The position numbers and the translations under genes are program-made. Source: Macrostomum lignano (taxonomy: Eukaryota). Taken from it: a stretch of 64,000 nt of DNA. Below the pieces are notes generated by a model, which saw only the letters and a list, made by a program, of their open reading frames with translations, ran no database searches and had not been told where the DNA came from. The stretch covers positions 86,133 through 150,132 of the forward strand of contig NIVC01002677.1 in assembly GCA_002269645.1 (NCBI GenBank), read 5' to 3'. Within the stretch, counting starts at the first letter, position 1. Every line of letters starts with the position of its first letter. This document shows positions 49,055 through 61,808 of this stretch, piece after piece.

Positions 49055-49320
49055 TTAGCCTGATGTGCCAGCGGCCCAGGCTCGATTCCAAATGCAGTCC
49101 ACATTAATTTTGGGGCCAAATTGGAATCTCGGCTTGGCTCTGCTCGTGCAATTAGCGCCATTGAAGGCCAACCTCTAAGGCACAGTGAAGTGTACATGTC
49201 TGACGGTTAGACAGTCAGGGCCGCTGTACACCCTGAGTGAGCGTGTGTGTGAGTGCGTGCCTGCATGTGCTCAGGAGTCAGCGGTGGTTGTGGGACGATG
49301 TCGCGACCTTTCACAGTCTC
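49055..49320 (+). mobile_element. SINE family A copy
   Basis: B-box-like GGCTCGATTCC, body GGCCAACCTCTAAGGCACAG..GTCAGGGCCGCTGTACACCCTG..GCATGTGCTCAGGAGTCAGCGG. Confidence 0.7.
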
Positions 49321-50112
49321 AGAGGACAACAAGCGGTTGCATCCTTTACCTCTCATGACTGCGGACTCACCTTGTTGAAGAAGAAGCGTCTCGTTCGAGC
49401 TGCCATGCAGGCTGGGCTCAGGAGCTTAAAAGACCGTATAGGACGATGAGGAACGGAGAGAGACTGGGGGGTGAGGAAACGGGCGAGAATTGATCGCCGC
49501 TGCACTACCCCAGGAAGCAGCCGGCAGCTGAAATGATTCAGAAGAAACACGCAGGGCTGCTTAGAAAAGCGGAAAAAGAGGAAACACGGAACACTTTCCC
49601 AGCTTCACACCGCTTCATCCATGTGCGTGCGGACCTGGCTGAGTTCAATATGTTGACTGGTGGGGGGGGGGTGCAGTAAAAGTTTGTAAAGCAAGCCAGA
49701 CACCGAGTGCTAGATTTTTAATTATAGAAGAATAACAACTTTTTACTTTGCCCTTACCCCCCACCGCGCCGACATCCGGTCGAGATGGAGGACGGCAGCT
49801 GGGCCAAGATTATTCCCGGCTGAGGAACTTTTTCTTCTTCCGCCGAAACAAGTTGAAAGCTGGGAAATTTGAACTGGCTATTCCCCCAGGAACCTGGAAC
49901 CAGGGTCTGGAGGGGATTTAATCCTCATTTTTATGTCGCTTTTCAGTTCCCTCACGACATTTGTTCTTCCATAAATTTCTAATAAATTCTGCTTGGTGAA
50001 ATCATACTCTTTAAAGTTGGTCTTGACTAAACTTCTGTAGTAAACTTTACATGTAGGTACCATGTAAGTACCCATGTAACCTTGTAGGTACCCATGTAGG
50101 TACCAGTTATCA

Positions 50113-50160
50113 AGCAGCAGAGCAGCTCAGCGGTAAACCCCCTGGTTGGATTCCGTGAGC
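50113..50160 (+). mobile_element. SINE family A head fragment
   Basis: GCAGAGCAGCTCAGCGGTA..CCCCTGGTTGGATTCCGTG matches the 4936 head with an internal deletion. Confidence 0.5.
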
Positions 50161-50459
50161 GTGAAGATATGGGAAATTTTACTTTTTTCTACAAAATCAG
50201 ACCACGAATGTAAAATACCTCGTTTGGACAGAATACAAGTTATGACAATCAATACGCAACCGCAGGTTTTAGAAAATATTCTCGACTTTAACTGACCCAG
50301 GCACCCATCAAACTTGTTGATAAAATGCGAAACACGTAAAACTGCAGGGAGCGAAAGGCCGCCACTTCTATGAAGTTTGGACTTTTATGGCGTTTGGGTT
50401 GCGGCTCCGCGGAGGCAGGCGATTCATGAAATTGCAAGATTTTCACCAATCAGTTGGTT

Positions 50460-51545
50460 AGGAATAGAATGGATTGCTAGTCTAGCCTACATCAATGATG
50501 AAGGAATAGAATGGATTGCTAGTCTAGCCTACATCAATGATGAAGGAATAGAATGGATTGCTAGTCTAGCCTACATCAATGATGAAGGAATAGAATGGAT
50601 TGCTAGTCTAGCCTACATCAATGATGAAGGAATAGAATGGATTGCTAGTCTAGCCTAAATCAATTATGAAGGAATAGAATGGATTGCTAGTCTAGCCTAC
50701 ATCAATGATGAAGGAATAGAATGGATTGCTAGTCTAGCCTACATCAATGATGAAGGAATAGAATGGATTGCTAGTCTAGGCTACATCAATGATGAAGGAA
50801 TAGAATGGATTGCTAATCTAGCCTACATCAATGATGAAGGAATAGAATGGATTGCTAGTCTAGCCTACATCAATGATGAAGGAATAGAATGGATTGCTAG
50901 TCTAGGCTACATCAATGATGAAGGAATAGAATGGATTGCTAATCTAGCCTACATCAATGATGAAGGAATAGAATGGATTGCTAGTCTAGCCTAAATCAAT
51001 TATGAAGGAATAGAATGGATTGCTAGTCTAGCCTACATCAATGATGAAGGAATAGAATGGATTGCTAGTCTAGCCTAAATCAATTATGAAGGAATAGAAT
51101 GGATTGCTAGTCTAGCCTACATCAATGATGAAGGAATAGAATGGATTGCTAGTCTAGCCTAAATCAATTATGAAGGAATAGAATGGATTGCTAGTCTAGC
51201 CTACATCAATGATGAAGGAATGGAATGGATTGCTAGTCTAGGCTACATCAATGATGAAGGAATAGAATGGATTGCTAGTCTAGCCTACATCAATGATGAA
51301 GGAATAGAATGGATTGCTAATCTAGCCTGCATCAATTATGAAGGAATACAATGGATTGCTAGTCTAGCCTACATCAATGATGAAGGAATAGAATGGATTG
51401 CTAATCTAGCCTACATCAATGATGAAGGAATAGAATGGATTGCTAATCTAGCCTACATCAGTGAAGGAATAGAATGGATTGCTAATCTAGTCTGCATCAG
51501 TGATGAAGGAATAGAATGGATTGCTAATCTAGCTTACATCAGTTA
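50460..51545. repeat. 42-bp minisatellite (GGAATAGAATGGATTGCTAGTCTAGCCTACATCAATGATGAA)n
   Basis: About 26 units. Confidence 0.96.
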
Positions 51546-51826
51546 AGAAACAGAAATAATGACGAAATAAAAAAATGGAACATCTTTTTATGTGTTTTGC
51601 AATTATTTGAGCTCAAAGATCGATTTTGTCAGGTTAATAATCAATATTTCTACTACCAGTAGAGATTGAAGGGTTTTTTTCTTTGAATATGCGTATAATT
51701 GATTGAAATTTCAAGGGTCCCTCATGACTCCGCTGGCGCTTTTGTGAAGGAAAGTAAAAATTTTCCTTCATTGACCACCCATTGACCGGACCGGATCATT
51801 GATCGGATTAACCATCAATCAGTCCA

Positions 51827-52090
51827 CATCTGGCCATGAGAATCACTCCTTATCTGGCCATGAGAATCACTCCTTATCTGGCCATGAGAATCACTCCTTA
51901 TCTGGCCATGAGAATCACTCCTCATCTGGCCATGAGAATCACTCCTCATCTGGCCATGAGAATCACTCCTCATCTGGCCATGAGAATCACTCCTCATCTG
52001 GCCATGAGAATCACTCCTCATCTGGCCATGAGAATCACTCCTCATCTGGCCATGAGAATCACTCCTCATCTGGCCATGAGAATCACTCTT
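51827..52090. repeat. 24-bp minisatellite (TCTGGCCATGAGAATCACTCCTCA)x~11
   Basis: Near-perfect units. Confidence 0.96.
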
Positions 52091-52293
52091 AAAGAAAGCA
52101 ATGATGCTGTGGTCTACAGAGCCAAAACGCCATAACTTGTTCAGTGTAAGCAAAACCGTATGCAGATAACGTAATCTCTTTTGAAGATACGAGCTGCCTT
52201 TCATATTTTAATGTCTTCTTATGATCGTAATCTGCAAGGAAAAGAGATTTGTCACGTGCTTAAAATTAAAATGAAGTGCTTCAGAATCTCTAC

Positions 52294-52790
52294 AGTCAGC
52301 CAGCCAGCCAGCCAGTCAGTCAGTCAGTCAGTCAGTCAGTCAGTCAGTCAGTCAGTCAGTCAGTCAGTCAGTCAGTCAGTCAGTCAGTCAGTCAGTCAGT
52401 CAGTCAGTCAGTCAGTCAGTCAGTCAGTCACCCACTCACTCAAGTCAGTCAGTCAGTCAGTCAGTCAGTCAGTCAGTCAGTCAGTCAGTCAGTCAGTCAC
52501 CCACTCACTCAAGTCAGTCAGTCAGTCAGTCAGTCAGTCAGTCAGTCAGTCAGTCAGTCAGTCAGTCAGTCAGTCAGTCAGTCAGTCAGTCAGTCAGTCA
52601 GTCAGTCACCCACTCACTCAAGTCAGTCAGTCAGTCAGTCAGTCAGTCAGTCAGTCAGTCAGTCAGTCAGTCAGTCAGTCACCCACTCACTCAAGTCAGT
52701 CAGTCAGTCAGTCAGTCAGTCAGTCAGTCAGTCAGTCAGTCAGTCAGTCAGTCAGTCAGTCAGTCAGTCAGTCAGTCAGTCAGTCAGTCC
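52294..52790. repeat. (AGTC)n microsatellite with four identical ACCCACTCACTCA interruptions
   Basis: Higher-order structure visible. Confidence 0.97.
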
Positions 52791-53661
52791 ATTAGTTTCC
52801 ATATTTGGGTTTATGCTGGCCGCAGAACCCGCGGCCTGAGACTGCAATGCTTATTTTGCAAACAGCCTCCTTCTCAACCGAGAGCTGCGCACGACACGCC
52901 TTCACTTTCCCATGACCGGCTGGGTGCAGCAGCATCGGAGTGCCGCAACAATTTCATCCAGCTGACCCATGCAAATCTGCCAGATTCAAATCTGAAGTGT
53001 TTTGAGGGCCAGCAGCAGGGCCTGAGAACTCTCGCATGGAGAGGGCGGCCCGCCCATGCTGCGGAGTCTGAGGTCTAAACTCTTCCTTCATCAGTGCAGT
53101 TGTCGGCATAAATGGTTTCTATGCTCTCACTCTTACTCTATCATTAGGCTAATCGCTCCATGAGCAGGCATTGTTCTGAGCCCAGCTGGATCCGAGGCGA
53201 GCCCGAGAAAGAAGAATGCAAAGAGCGAGCAGAAGATTTTAAAATACACTCGAGAAACCTCGAGGCGTATATTATACATCGCTATCAATACATCTGATGT
53301 CGAAAAAACCCCAGGAACTTACTGAGCTTCTGTCAACAAAGTTTGCATAAAAATATCTTGATGGAGCTCTATTTAACATCAATTGTACTGGATGGCAGTT
53401 AAATGCGCGAAAACTGGGAATGGCGGACTCAAACAGGCAACAAGGGATTAATTTTGATACTGATGGAAACCTTAGGAATGAAAGGAAGTTAGGGATCAGC
53501 AGGCAATATGTGTCGATTACATAATGATTCTGGGTCTGTGCCACTGTGCGTACATACGGTTTTGAAAGTCAAGTTGCAGCAGAAACCAACTTTTAGCTAC
53601 GTGTAAATGAGGCTCAAAAATTCAATGTCAAGTTCATGCAAAGGGGCTCGAACTCCGATCG

Positions 53662-55823
53662 CTAGAAGTAGACAGTCAAGCCCGGTCCACCGTTGCGTCC
53701 CAGCTGGTCGCCCTGTGAATTCGGCAGATCCGAGGCTGCGTCCACCGCGTTCTCCACCTGAACAACATTGAGATTGCTGCCTGCGTGCAGCTGCCTCGGC
53801 CGCGAGCTGTGCACCAGCGTCCGCTGGCTGCCAACCAGAGAGCCCTCGCCAGACACGGTGTGAATGCTTCCATTAGTCATCGAGGAATAGTAGTCATTAG
53901 CCGAGCCCAGCTGGTAAACACCGTTGCTGACAAACAGCTCGCCTTGGTCGCGCTCCCGGTTGAACGAGCCGACATCCGAGCCGGCCTGGTCACCGAACAT
54001 GTAGTTGTTGTAGCCGTCCAGCGGATTGTCCTGCAGTGAGGTGCCGCCAAACTCGTTCATGTCGTGATAATCGTAGCTGTCCGGCAGCTCGCTGCCATCC
54101 GGGGGCCGGTCTCGGAGTCCGCCTGCTTCGCTGAGTAGCGCCTGTAGAGCAGGAATGCCACGATAACTGAGATTATAATCACGGCGAAGACGCAGCCCAG
54201 AACGATGAGGGGAATCGTGCTGACGGAGGCGTTCGCAACGTTGATCAGGGCGGAATCGAAGTTGACAATGACGGTGACGGAGCTGGTCCTGGAGCCGTCC
54301 GAAGCTGTAACGCTGAAGCGGTAGCTTTTTTCAGCAAGATTTGCTGGAATAGTGTTGATTGTGATGATGCCAAGTTTTGCATCCACCGCGAACAGCTTCC
54401 TGTAGTCGGTGTCCATGATAGAGAAGGTCACCGTTGATCCGTCGCCATCGACGGCGCTGACTCTGCCAACCTCGAGGCCGTTCTCGCGCTTCGCGGCGGC
54501 GAACGTGTACTCGGCACTGTCGAATGTGGGATTATACTCGTTATCGTTTCCAACCAGTACCAACACTGTCGTAAATCCCCATCCAGTTCCGTCAGATGCA
54601 GACACGTTTAGCGTGTACGAAGACTTCGACTCATAATCCAATGATTTGATTGCCCTCAGCTCCCCCGTTGACGCGCCGATGCTGAACACGTCCAGAAACC
54701 CTGACAGGTGATAGGTCACGCTTCTCCTCAGATGATCGATTGTCTTCACGACCACCACCAGTCCTTGAGGGTTGTTCTCCATGACGGTTACGTTGTAGAG
54801 GGTCGAATCGAACACAGGCGGCGTGTACGAGGCAGCCACAATGTTGAGCTGCAGCTCTGTGTTGGTCTTTCTATCGCCATTGTTCGCCTGAGTGGCAAAC
54901 AAAACAATGCTGTACCTTTCTGAATCTGGCAGGTTTGTGATCAAGGACAGAGCTCCAGTCGCATTGTCAATGTTCACAATGTTTGAAGGACTTTGAGACA
55001 CGATTGTGTAAAAAATTGCGGCATTCAGACCAATGTCCCCATCTACTGCCTTGATGGGTGGCGATATCAGAGTTCCTGACGTGCTGTTCGACAGCAGTTC
55101 GCGTACATAGCAGACCCCGCTCGGGGCCCCGGCTGTACAGTTCAGCCACACGGGGTTCGTGTCGTCTTCGTTGATGATGTTCACAGTGAGGGTTGTGTTT
55201 ACCTCGAACACTTTCTGGCCAGTTGTGTTGTAATCAGAGACTTTCAGGATGAGAACGACCTGCTGCACTGTTTCGTAGTCTAGCTGTTTGATGAGCGAGA
55301 TGTTCATCACGGATTGACTCGGGTTGAGCAAGCTAAAATAACTGGAATATTCCGATGGAAGAATGCTATACTCGAGCCTTTGTCCGCTGTTCTTGTCAGG
55401 TTCATCCGTGGCTTTCGGCTTCACTTTCAGCTCGTATGGGACCGGTTCAGTCTCCCTTACTGAGTAGGTGTAGTTCCAGCTGTCCCACACGGGAGCATTG
55501 TTGTCGGTGTCGATCATGTTCACTATGAGAAGCTTCTTTTCTCCATCGCCGCATGTAATACGAAGCACCTTAACACCCGTCATTGGTGACTTCAGCAACA
55601 GGGAATTGTTTGACAGAACTTCGAGAGGCATCCCGGCGTTCTGGGTATCAATACTTGTGGCAGCGTGGTCCAGAGTGTCTGGAGATTTCACAATGACTGG
55701 CATCACGACTGTCCCAGCTGGTGTGTAGTCATAAACGTAGATATTTTCAGCCTCCAGAGTGCATCCGTGTGCGACACCCCCGACTAACGCCCAGCCGAGC
55801 AGCAGGTAGCTGAATGCGTGCAT
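53662..55823 (-). CDS. Intronless cadherin-related single-pass protein (~5 EC repeats); 1-nt frameshift at 54101-54105
   Basis: MHAFSYLLLGWALVGGVAHG signal; DTDNNAPVW, LDYE x2, NEDDTNPVW, AVDGD x2, NDNEYNPTF cadherin motifs; TM IPLIVLGCVFAVIIISVIVAFLLY. The tail continues in ORF 53662-54060 if one C is added. Confidence 0.92.
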
Positions 55824-57069
55824 GAAGGCACCTCTGACAGACCGAGATTTGCTTTGTATCAACTCTGATGGCTTCAGACTGGCGTCTCTTACGAGTGCAA
55901 GACCCTGTTTTTGTGTCTACTGCAGAAGCACAACGCACCGCCAGCTTTTATTGCACCCAGAGAGGCCTACCCAAAACAGTTTGGTCGGGGGTGGTTTGCA
56001 CTGTGTGTTCGGTCGGCCATAATTGGCTGAGCAGTTGTTTGAGAAAGAAGAAAGCCAGGCAAGAAGAGCAGGCAATAGCCCTATATGCATGTTACACACT
56101 CCCCATCGTAGCTATGCCGCTTCACAGTACCTCAGCTGGCTGGTTCTGGTTGCAGTACAGAAACAGCTCGGGCCACCATGCAGTTTTAACAGTGGATACG
56201 AGCTGAGCGAGTGAGAGAGCGAGAGAGGAAAGAACTCAGACCCAGGGGGGGGGGCGGCATTGCCGAGACTGTGGGAACGCGCCTCTCCAGCTGCTATGGG
56301 GGCCTGTCATGCATCACTGCGCTTGCAAGCCACGCCTCGACTCTACTGTTGCCTTGTAGTGCTATGGCACAATGAGGCCAGACCAGCCGTTCTTATAGTT
56401 TACAATGAAACCTCTAGCCAGTACTTAACTCTCTTGCCTACTAGTAGAAAGCTGACATTAGTGGAAGAATTCTATCGTACCATCGAGTCTATAATAGCTT
56501 GTAGAATGGGTGGGGCGAGGGAATCTTAAGAGCTTTTATTTTAGCCCTATAGCTTATAGTTTCTTCGGGCCGGACACGGGGCATGGAATCGACTCTTTTA
56601 CTCAATCTACTTAGACTTTGGGCGCGGCCGGCGCAACTCGAATAAAGCAGAATGGCTGCTGGCTGGTGTGAATCGAAGAGTCATTTGCATGGAAATTGTC
56701 GCCCACCCCCCGCCGCCCAAATCACTCGACTATGAGCTGTGCACGCAGGCAACATGGCAGGATTATGATTTTTCCTGGGCCTGTCAAGTACACACTCTTA
56801 CATATTTACCAGATAAATTTCAGTGAAAATTGGCTTCTCTTTACTTTAAGTAGCGCATTGCGGAGAAAAATAGAGTTCTTATTTTAAACAGGTCAATTAT
56901 AACTAATTAAACTGATCTAGAATAGAAACTCTTCACGGGAAAGAATGCCTAAGCTTTCATGTACGTATTAATAGCCATCACGTGACCTTGTTTCGTTTTC
57001 TGCAAGCATGACTGAGGCATGGCTGAAGAGGTTCTATGATGGAGTAGCCTAAGAAACTAAGACCTATAG

Positions 57070-57480
57070 AATATGGACTTCGCGCAGATATTCGCAAACT
57101 GATCATGGAGAAGGTGACACCCAAGAAAAGGCTGATCATTGAGGTACAGCAGCTCTGATCAGCTCAAGCAGTTAGCAACCAGCATCCCAGCTGAACAATC
57201 AGCTCCAGCAGTCATTGCCAGCGTCACAGTGGACAAGAACCAAAGTGCCGAAAACCAGTGCAAGTTCTGTAGACAAGCAACCACTTTGCTGCCGTGTGCA
57301 AAAGCAGCACCCAGAAAAAGTCGATACACGAGCTCGAGACTGCGGAACCGGAAGGCAACCTGGCTCACAACCCTGGCTTCCTAAGAACTTTTGGCACTCG
57401 GCGCTCCGGCACCAGATAAACTGCCTCTTTTTACCATAGACATTCGTAGCGGGAACGAAACGAGTTTGAAAATGCACTGG
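57070..57480 (+). mobile_element. Decayed LTR-retrotransposon (Ty3/gypsy-like) gag fragment
   Basis: With one frameshift reads ENQCKFCRxSNHFAAVCKSS (CX2CX4HX4C knuckle), preceded by GLRADIRKLIMEK..SSDQLKQL; contains stops and indels. Confidence 0.55.
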
Positions 57481-58480
57481 CAGCCCCCGCCCGACTGAGA
57501 TTGTCTATGGTCAAAACACGATCGGTTCCCCGCCAAGACTGTCTGTGGTAAATCCTCACTTACTGCTACCGATCGTACTCACTCGCGAGAGTTTCCTGAA
57601 AGAGTTTTCTAACGACAAAATAGCAAACGTGTGCTCAAAAATGAGATCTATTTTGGACTCAAGTTTCAACATGTGAAAGAAAATGAAGTACCAGATGACA
57701 TGTAAATTCGATTTTTACTTATTCACCTCTATTTTATTCAGTTTTCTACTGCGCATGTTGTGTGCTTTCAATCACTAAAGTCAGTACAATACAATCTACG
57801 AGCATATAGTGAGACTTTAACATCTCGGAAAAAAATTCATCCAGACACGGCAATAAAGCTACGATGTGATTTTTTTAGTAAACACCACAGATACCAGAGA
57901 ATAATTATAGATGGGCCACTCAGGCATATATACTTACTAAAACAGCTTTCTGCTTTCAGTTCATTAGCAATAAACATAAGCATATACGACATAAGCTATT
58001 TTATACTAATAAAGCCAGCTGAGATGACTCTGATAAGTTTAAAAGCCCAAGCTTGCAGGCGTAAAAAACTGGCTAATTGGTTCAGCAATAATGTACATTA
58101 GCCACTGAAATGTACATGGCAGATGTTTAGGCTGGAACAACTGAGGAAGGTAATAAAAATTGGGTTCGCGGGGCAGGGGTAGAGGTTCTTGTGGGGTGTT
58201 TGAGGGTTTAAGCTTGGGGGTAAGAGCCAATAGATAAGCCTTGGCTTAAAAAATACATTAAAATGCTTCAGCTTCACTTACTACTGAACTAAAAGTAGCT
58301 TAGACGCAAATGTGCTGAGTGGTCCATCTAGTTATTCCAGTACGAATATCTGTGGGAAACACTGACGAAAGAGAATCGTCTTTTAAAAAAATAAAATTGG
58401 ACGGAAAATATAGAAAAGGCACACTGATATAAGAACACAGTTTAAAAAGTTAATCCGACAATTGGGTGATTGGGAAGTTT

Positions 58481-59213
58481 TCATGCTCCTTCATCGCTTC
58501 TTCTGCTGCGGCTTGGCGGCCACCTGCTTTCGCTGACCGACTTTCGCAGGGGCCTCGTTGCCGGAAACGGCGGGCCTGGCCGGGCGGCGGCGGCTCGCTT
58601 CTGCTTCTCCTGGTAGCGCCGTTCGTAATAATCCAGCTCGGACTCTCCAGGCCTGCGCATCTGCGACTGCCGCTCCTCGGAGTCTTTCAGCGCCGCCTGC
58701 ATGTCGCCCATCCGCATCTTGTGCTCCTTGATGCCGCCCACGTGCGCCCGAAGGAACGGGTTATCGTCCCCGGTGATCTCCTGGTCAAGGAACTCGGCCG
58801 ACGGCGCGCCCCGGCCGCTCGGGTCCAGGCGGGCGTAGCCGGCGGCCAGCGAGCTGAAGCCGGTGATGCCGCCCATGGCTTTGTACGGCACCGACTGGCC
58901 GACTGGGTGACCGCGGGCCTCGCGCTCCTCGCCAGTCTCAACTAGAGTCTCGTGCTGATGGGCCGGCAGGCCGCAGTCGCAGGTGAACGAAGTTTTATAA
59001 CCGGCGCACTTCATGCACTCGCGACGTTTGCACAGGTAGGGCGGAGTGGGCGCGTGCTCGGTGCCCAGGTGCTTGCAGTGGCAGCGGACTGGCTGGCCGC
59101 CGTTCTTCGGCATGTAGCAGTAGCCGGGGCACGGGCAGCCGCGCACCTGGCAGGGCAGCGGAATCGGCCGACTGCTCGGCAGCTGTTCGAAATCGGTTTT
59201 GTGCTGTTTGTAC
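58481..59213 (-). CDS. FAM221A: FAM221A, exon 2
   Basis: ctccag|G TAC. YKQHKTD..LPCQVRGCPC..RCHCKH..C..C.GY..FTCDCG.P.H.H.TLVET, YKAMGGITGFSSLAAGYARLDPSG, YYERRYQE. Confidence 0.95.
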
Positions 59214-59271
59214 CTGGAGGGATTCGAGGTGCATAAAAAAGAATGTAATTATCTGGAAGCGCAATGATCGT

Positions 59272-59712
59272 AGATGTGTTGCTAGCCGGATGTGCTGCTA
59301 TCTGGATGTGTTGCTATCTGAATGTGTTGCTAGCCGGATGTGTTGCTAGCCGGATGTGTTGCTAGCCGGATGTGTTGCTAGCCGGATGTGTTGCTAGCCG
59401 GATGTGTTGCTAGCCGGATGTGTTGCTAGCCGGATGTGTTGCTAGCCGGATGTGTTGCTAGCCGGATGTGTTGCTAACTGGATGTGTTGCTAGCCGGATG
59501 TGCTGCTATCTGGATGTGTTGCTATCGGAATGTGTTGCTAGCCGGATGTGTTGCTAGCCGGATGTGTTGCTAGCCGGATGTTTTGCTAGCCGGATGTGTT
59601 GCTAGCCGAATGTGCTGCTATCTGGATGTGTTGCTACCTGGATGTGTTGCTATCTGAATGTATTGCTAGCCGGATGTGTTGCTAGCCGGATGTGTTGCTA
59701 GCTGGATGCTTA
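59272..59712. repeat. 16-bp minisatellite (GATGTGTTGCTAGCCG)n in the FAM221A intron
   Basis: About 27 units. Confidence 0.95.
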
Positions 59713-59919
59713 CTAACTAGCAGACGTCGTAAACCCGTGCTCTAAAAGCCTTCTCCAAGCTCTGTTACAATATGAGATTAAGATTTAATATATTACAATA
59801 TGATATGAGATATGATATGAGAATTAAGATTTAACCTTAATTCTTGCCGTGCAAGGGAGCTCAAGTCACCCTCACCATCAAACCGATCAGGTATTTTTCT
59901 ACTGCCTAGTGACACGCAC

Positions 59920-60158
59920 CTGTGCTGGCAGAAGCACTCTGTCTCGGGTCCAACCAGCACGCAGTCCATTCCACTTGGGCTCGTCCAGCTCACGTACAGG
60001 CGGTTTTTTATGCGGCCCGGCAGCACGCGCTTCTTGTAGGCCTCGTACTCCTCGGGAGTGAACATCTTGCCGCCATCGTCGTCGCCAACTATGTGTCGAT
60101 ATTCAGCGTACGCCTGCACGTCGTGCTGCGCCTGCGAGCTCAGCTGAATGCGCTCCAT
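59920..60158 (-). CDS. FAM221A: FAM221A, exon 1
   Basis: MERIQL..YAEYRHIVGDDDGGKMFTPEEYEAYKKRVLP.R..NRLYVSW.SPSGMDC.LVGPET.CFCQHR; AG|gtgcgt donor, phase 2. Confidence 0.96.
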
Positions 60159-61080
60159 TCCAGTGCTGGCTGGGTGCCTTCTGAAATCTGCATCAACACT
60201 CAACAGTCTGCATCTAGCTACTGAGCATCAACACTCAACAGTCTGCATCCAGCTACTGAGCATCAACACAGTGCATCTACCAATCATTGAAATTTACATA
60301 TCTTACCTTCTTGAAGAACTGCTTTGAGCAAAAACAGATAAAGCCGTCAGTGGGTGCCGTTAAGCCTCCGTGAGTACCTATGTGAATTTGCTGGGTGAAT
60401 ATATACGGTCAAACACAGGGGCGCACTTGCAAGTCCGGAGAGTAAACGTACAGAGGGAGGGAGTGTTTACTCTCAATAAAACCTTTCCAACAACCACTCC
60501 CTGCTGCAATCGGGTCTGTTCATTTCTGTCCCATATGGTCTAAAAATAGCATCATCACTCTTGTCTGCAGTACTTGAATGTACATCCAGTAAGAACGGCC
60601 CAGGACTTGGGTGGGTAGCCAACCATTTGCCTGAAGAAATGAAGAGAATGAAGAGCAGCACAATTGAGCTCGTTTAGAAAATTTTCTACCTGCATGCATT
60701 TTGCCATCGCTGTTCAGCTCTGACGTCTCTTGAACAACTTCAGTTGTAAAGCTGAGCTGCCATTCTATGACGCAAATTGCGAGTGGGTGAGAGAGAGATC
60801 AGAGAGACAACTGCATGTGAAGACGGGCTTGTTTATTACTTTTTTGTGTCATTATTACAATATTACAATTGAGGGCAAAGCATTTAATTACGCAGAGATA
60901 ATGAGGCCTCAAGGTAACGATGGCTCCTTCTAAAGAAGGTTTAGAAGCTTCAAAGTTAATATTTTTGTAGATAACTGCATATGTCTACTATGAGTAGACT
61001 TGTAATAAGAGTGAACATTTAATCGCTTCAATGACATTTTTAAGCTGAATCCTAAGCATTCACTTGCACGGGATAGCGAG

Positions 61081-61253
61081 ATTTGCCAGCCGAAATTTTC
61101 CAGCCGACAGTTGCCTGCCGACATAATTGCTAGCCGACATTTGCCAGCCGACATTTGCCAGCCGACATTTGCCAGCCGACATTTGCCAGCCGACATTTGC
61201 CAGCCGACATTTGCCAGCCGACATTTGCCAGCCGACATTTGCCAGCCGACATA
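61081..61253. repeat. 14-bp minisatellite (TTGCCAGCCGACAT)x~12
   Basis: Lies between the divergent FAM221A and GCPII starts. Confidence 0.93.
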
Positions 61254-61808
61254 ACAATTGCTGCATAAAAATGTTAATCAACCGTCCGGAAGGTAATCAA
61301 TATCTTGCAGCGAAAACCTGGCCTTACGTGAGGCCAGAATCACGTGATACAGCTGCAGCTTCCTCAGCTGTCCATGGAGTTTTCCAACGGCAGTCCTTTC
61401 TGTTCCTTCTATAACACCTTCAACAGCACCTTCCCTGTTCGCTAATTGCCAACATTCTTTGCTTAATCTGCGAGAGTATTATTGCCAACTTTGAAAGCGA
61501 CCCAAGTGGTGACGCAATATTGGGGGGAGCGGGCGAGTTTACGGTGGAATTTTCTAATGAGGACTTTGGCTTGGACCCGACGGTGTTCGGATGTAAATTA
61601 TAGGCTTTAGAATTGCGCAGAGCCGGGCTATTGCGCCACGGCTGCGTCCAATTAGCTGATATTGCAGAAAGGTCGAGACGTTCGGCTAGCGAAACGCGCC
61701 CGATGATTAATGCGCTTGCCCCCCCCCCCCCCAGGGGCTTTCGATGGCTACGCGGATAAAAGATGGCTGGAACTGGGGGCGGAAGCGTGTTATGCCAACA
61801 GGCGGAAA

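Noticed and set aside
45224-52839. Long repetitive ORFs (621 aa at 45224, acidic EDGEMIPEDDY at 47531-48157, IEWIASLAY, SGHENHS, SQSV)
   Set aside because: They are stop-free frames of minisatellites, with no flanking non-repetitive coding sequence or splice linkage.
55875-55905. Resemblance to a flatworm spliced-leader (GTCTCTTAC)
   Set aside because: Only ~9 nt match my recollection of the SL, with no following donor or Sm site.
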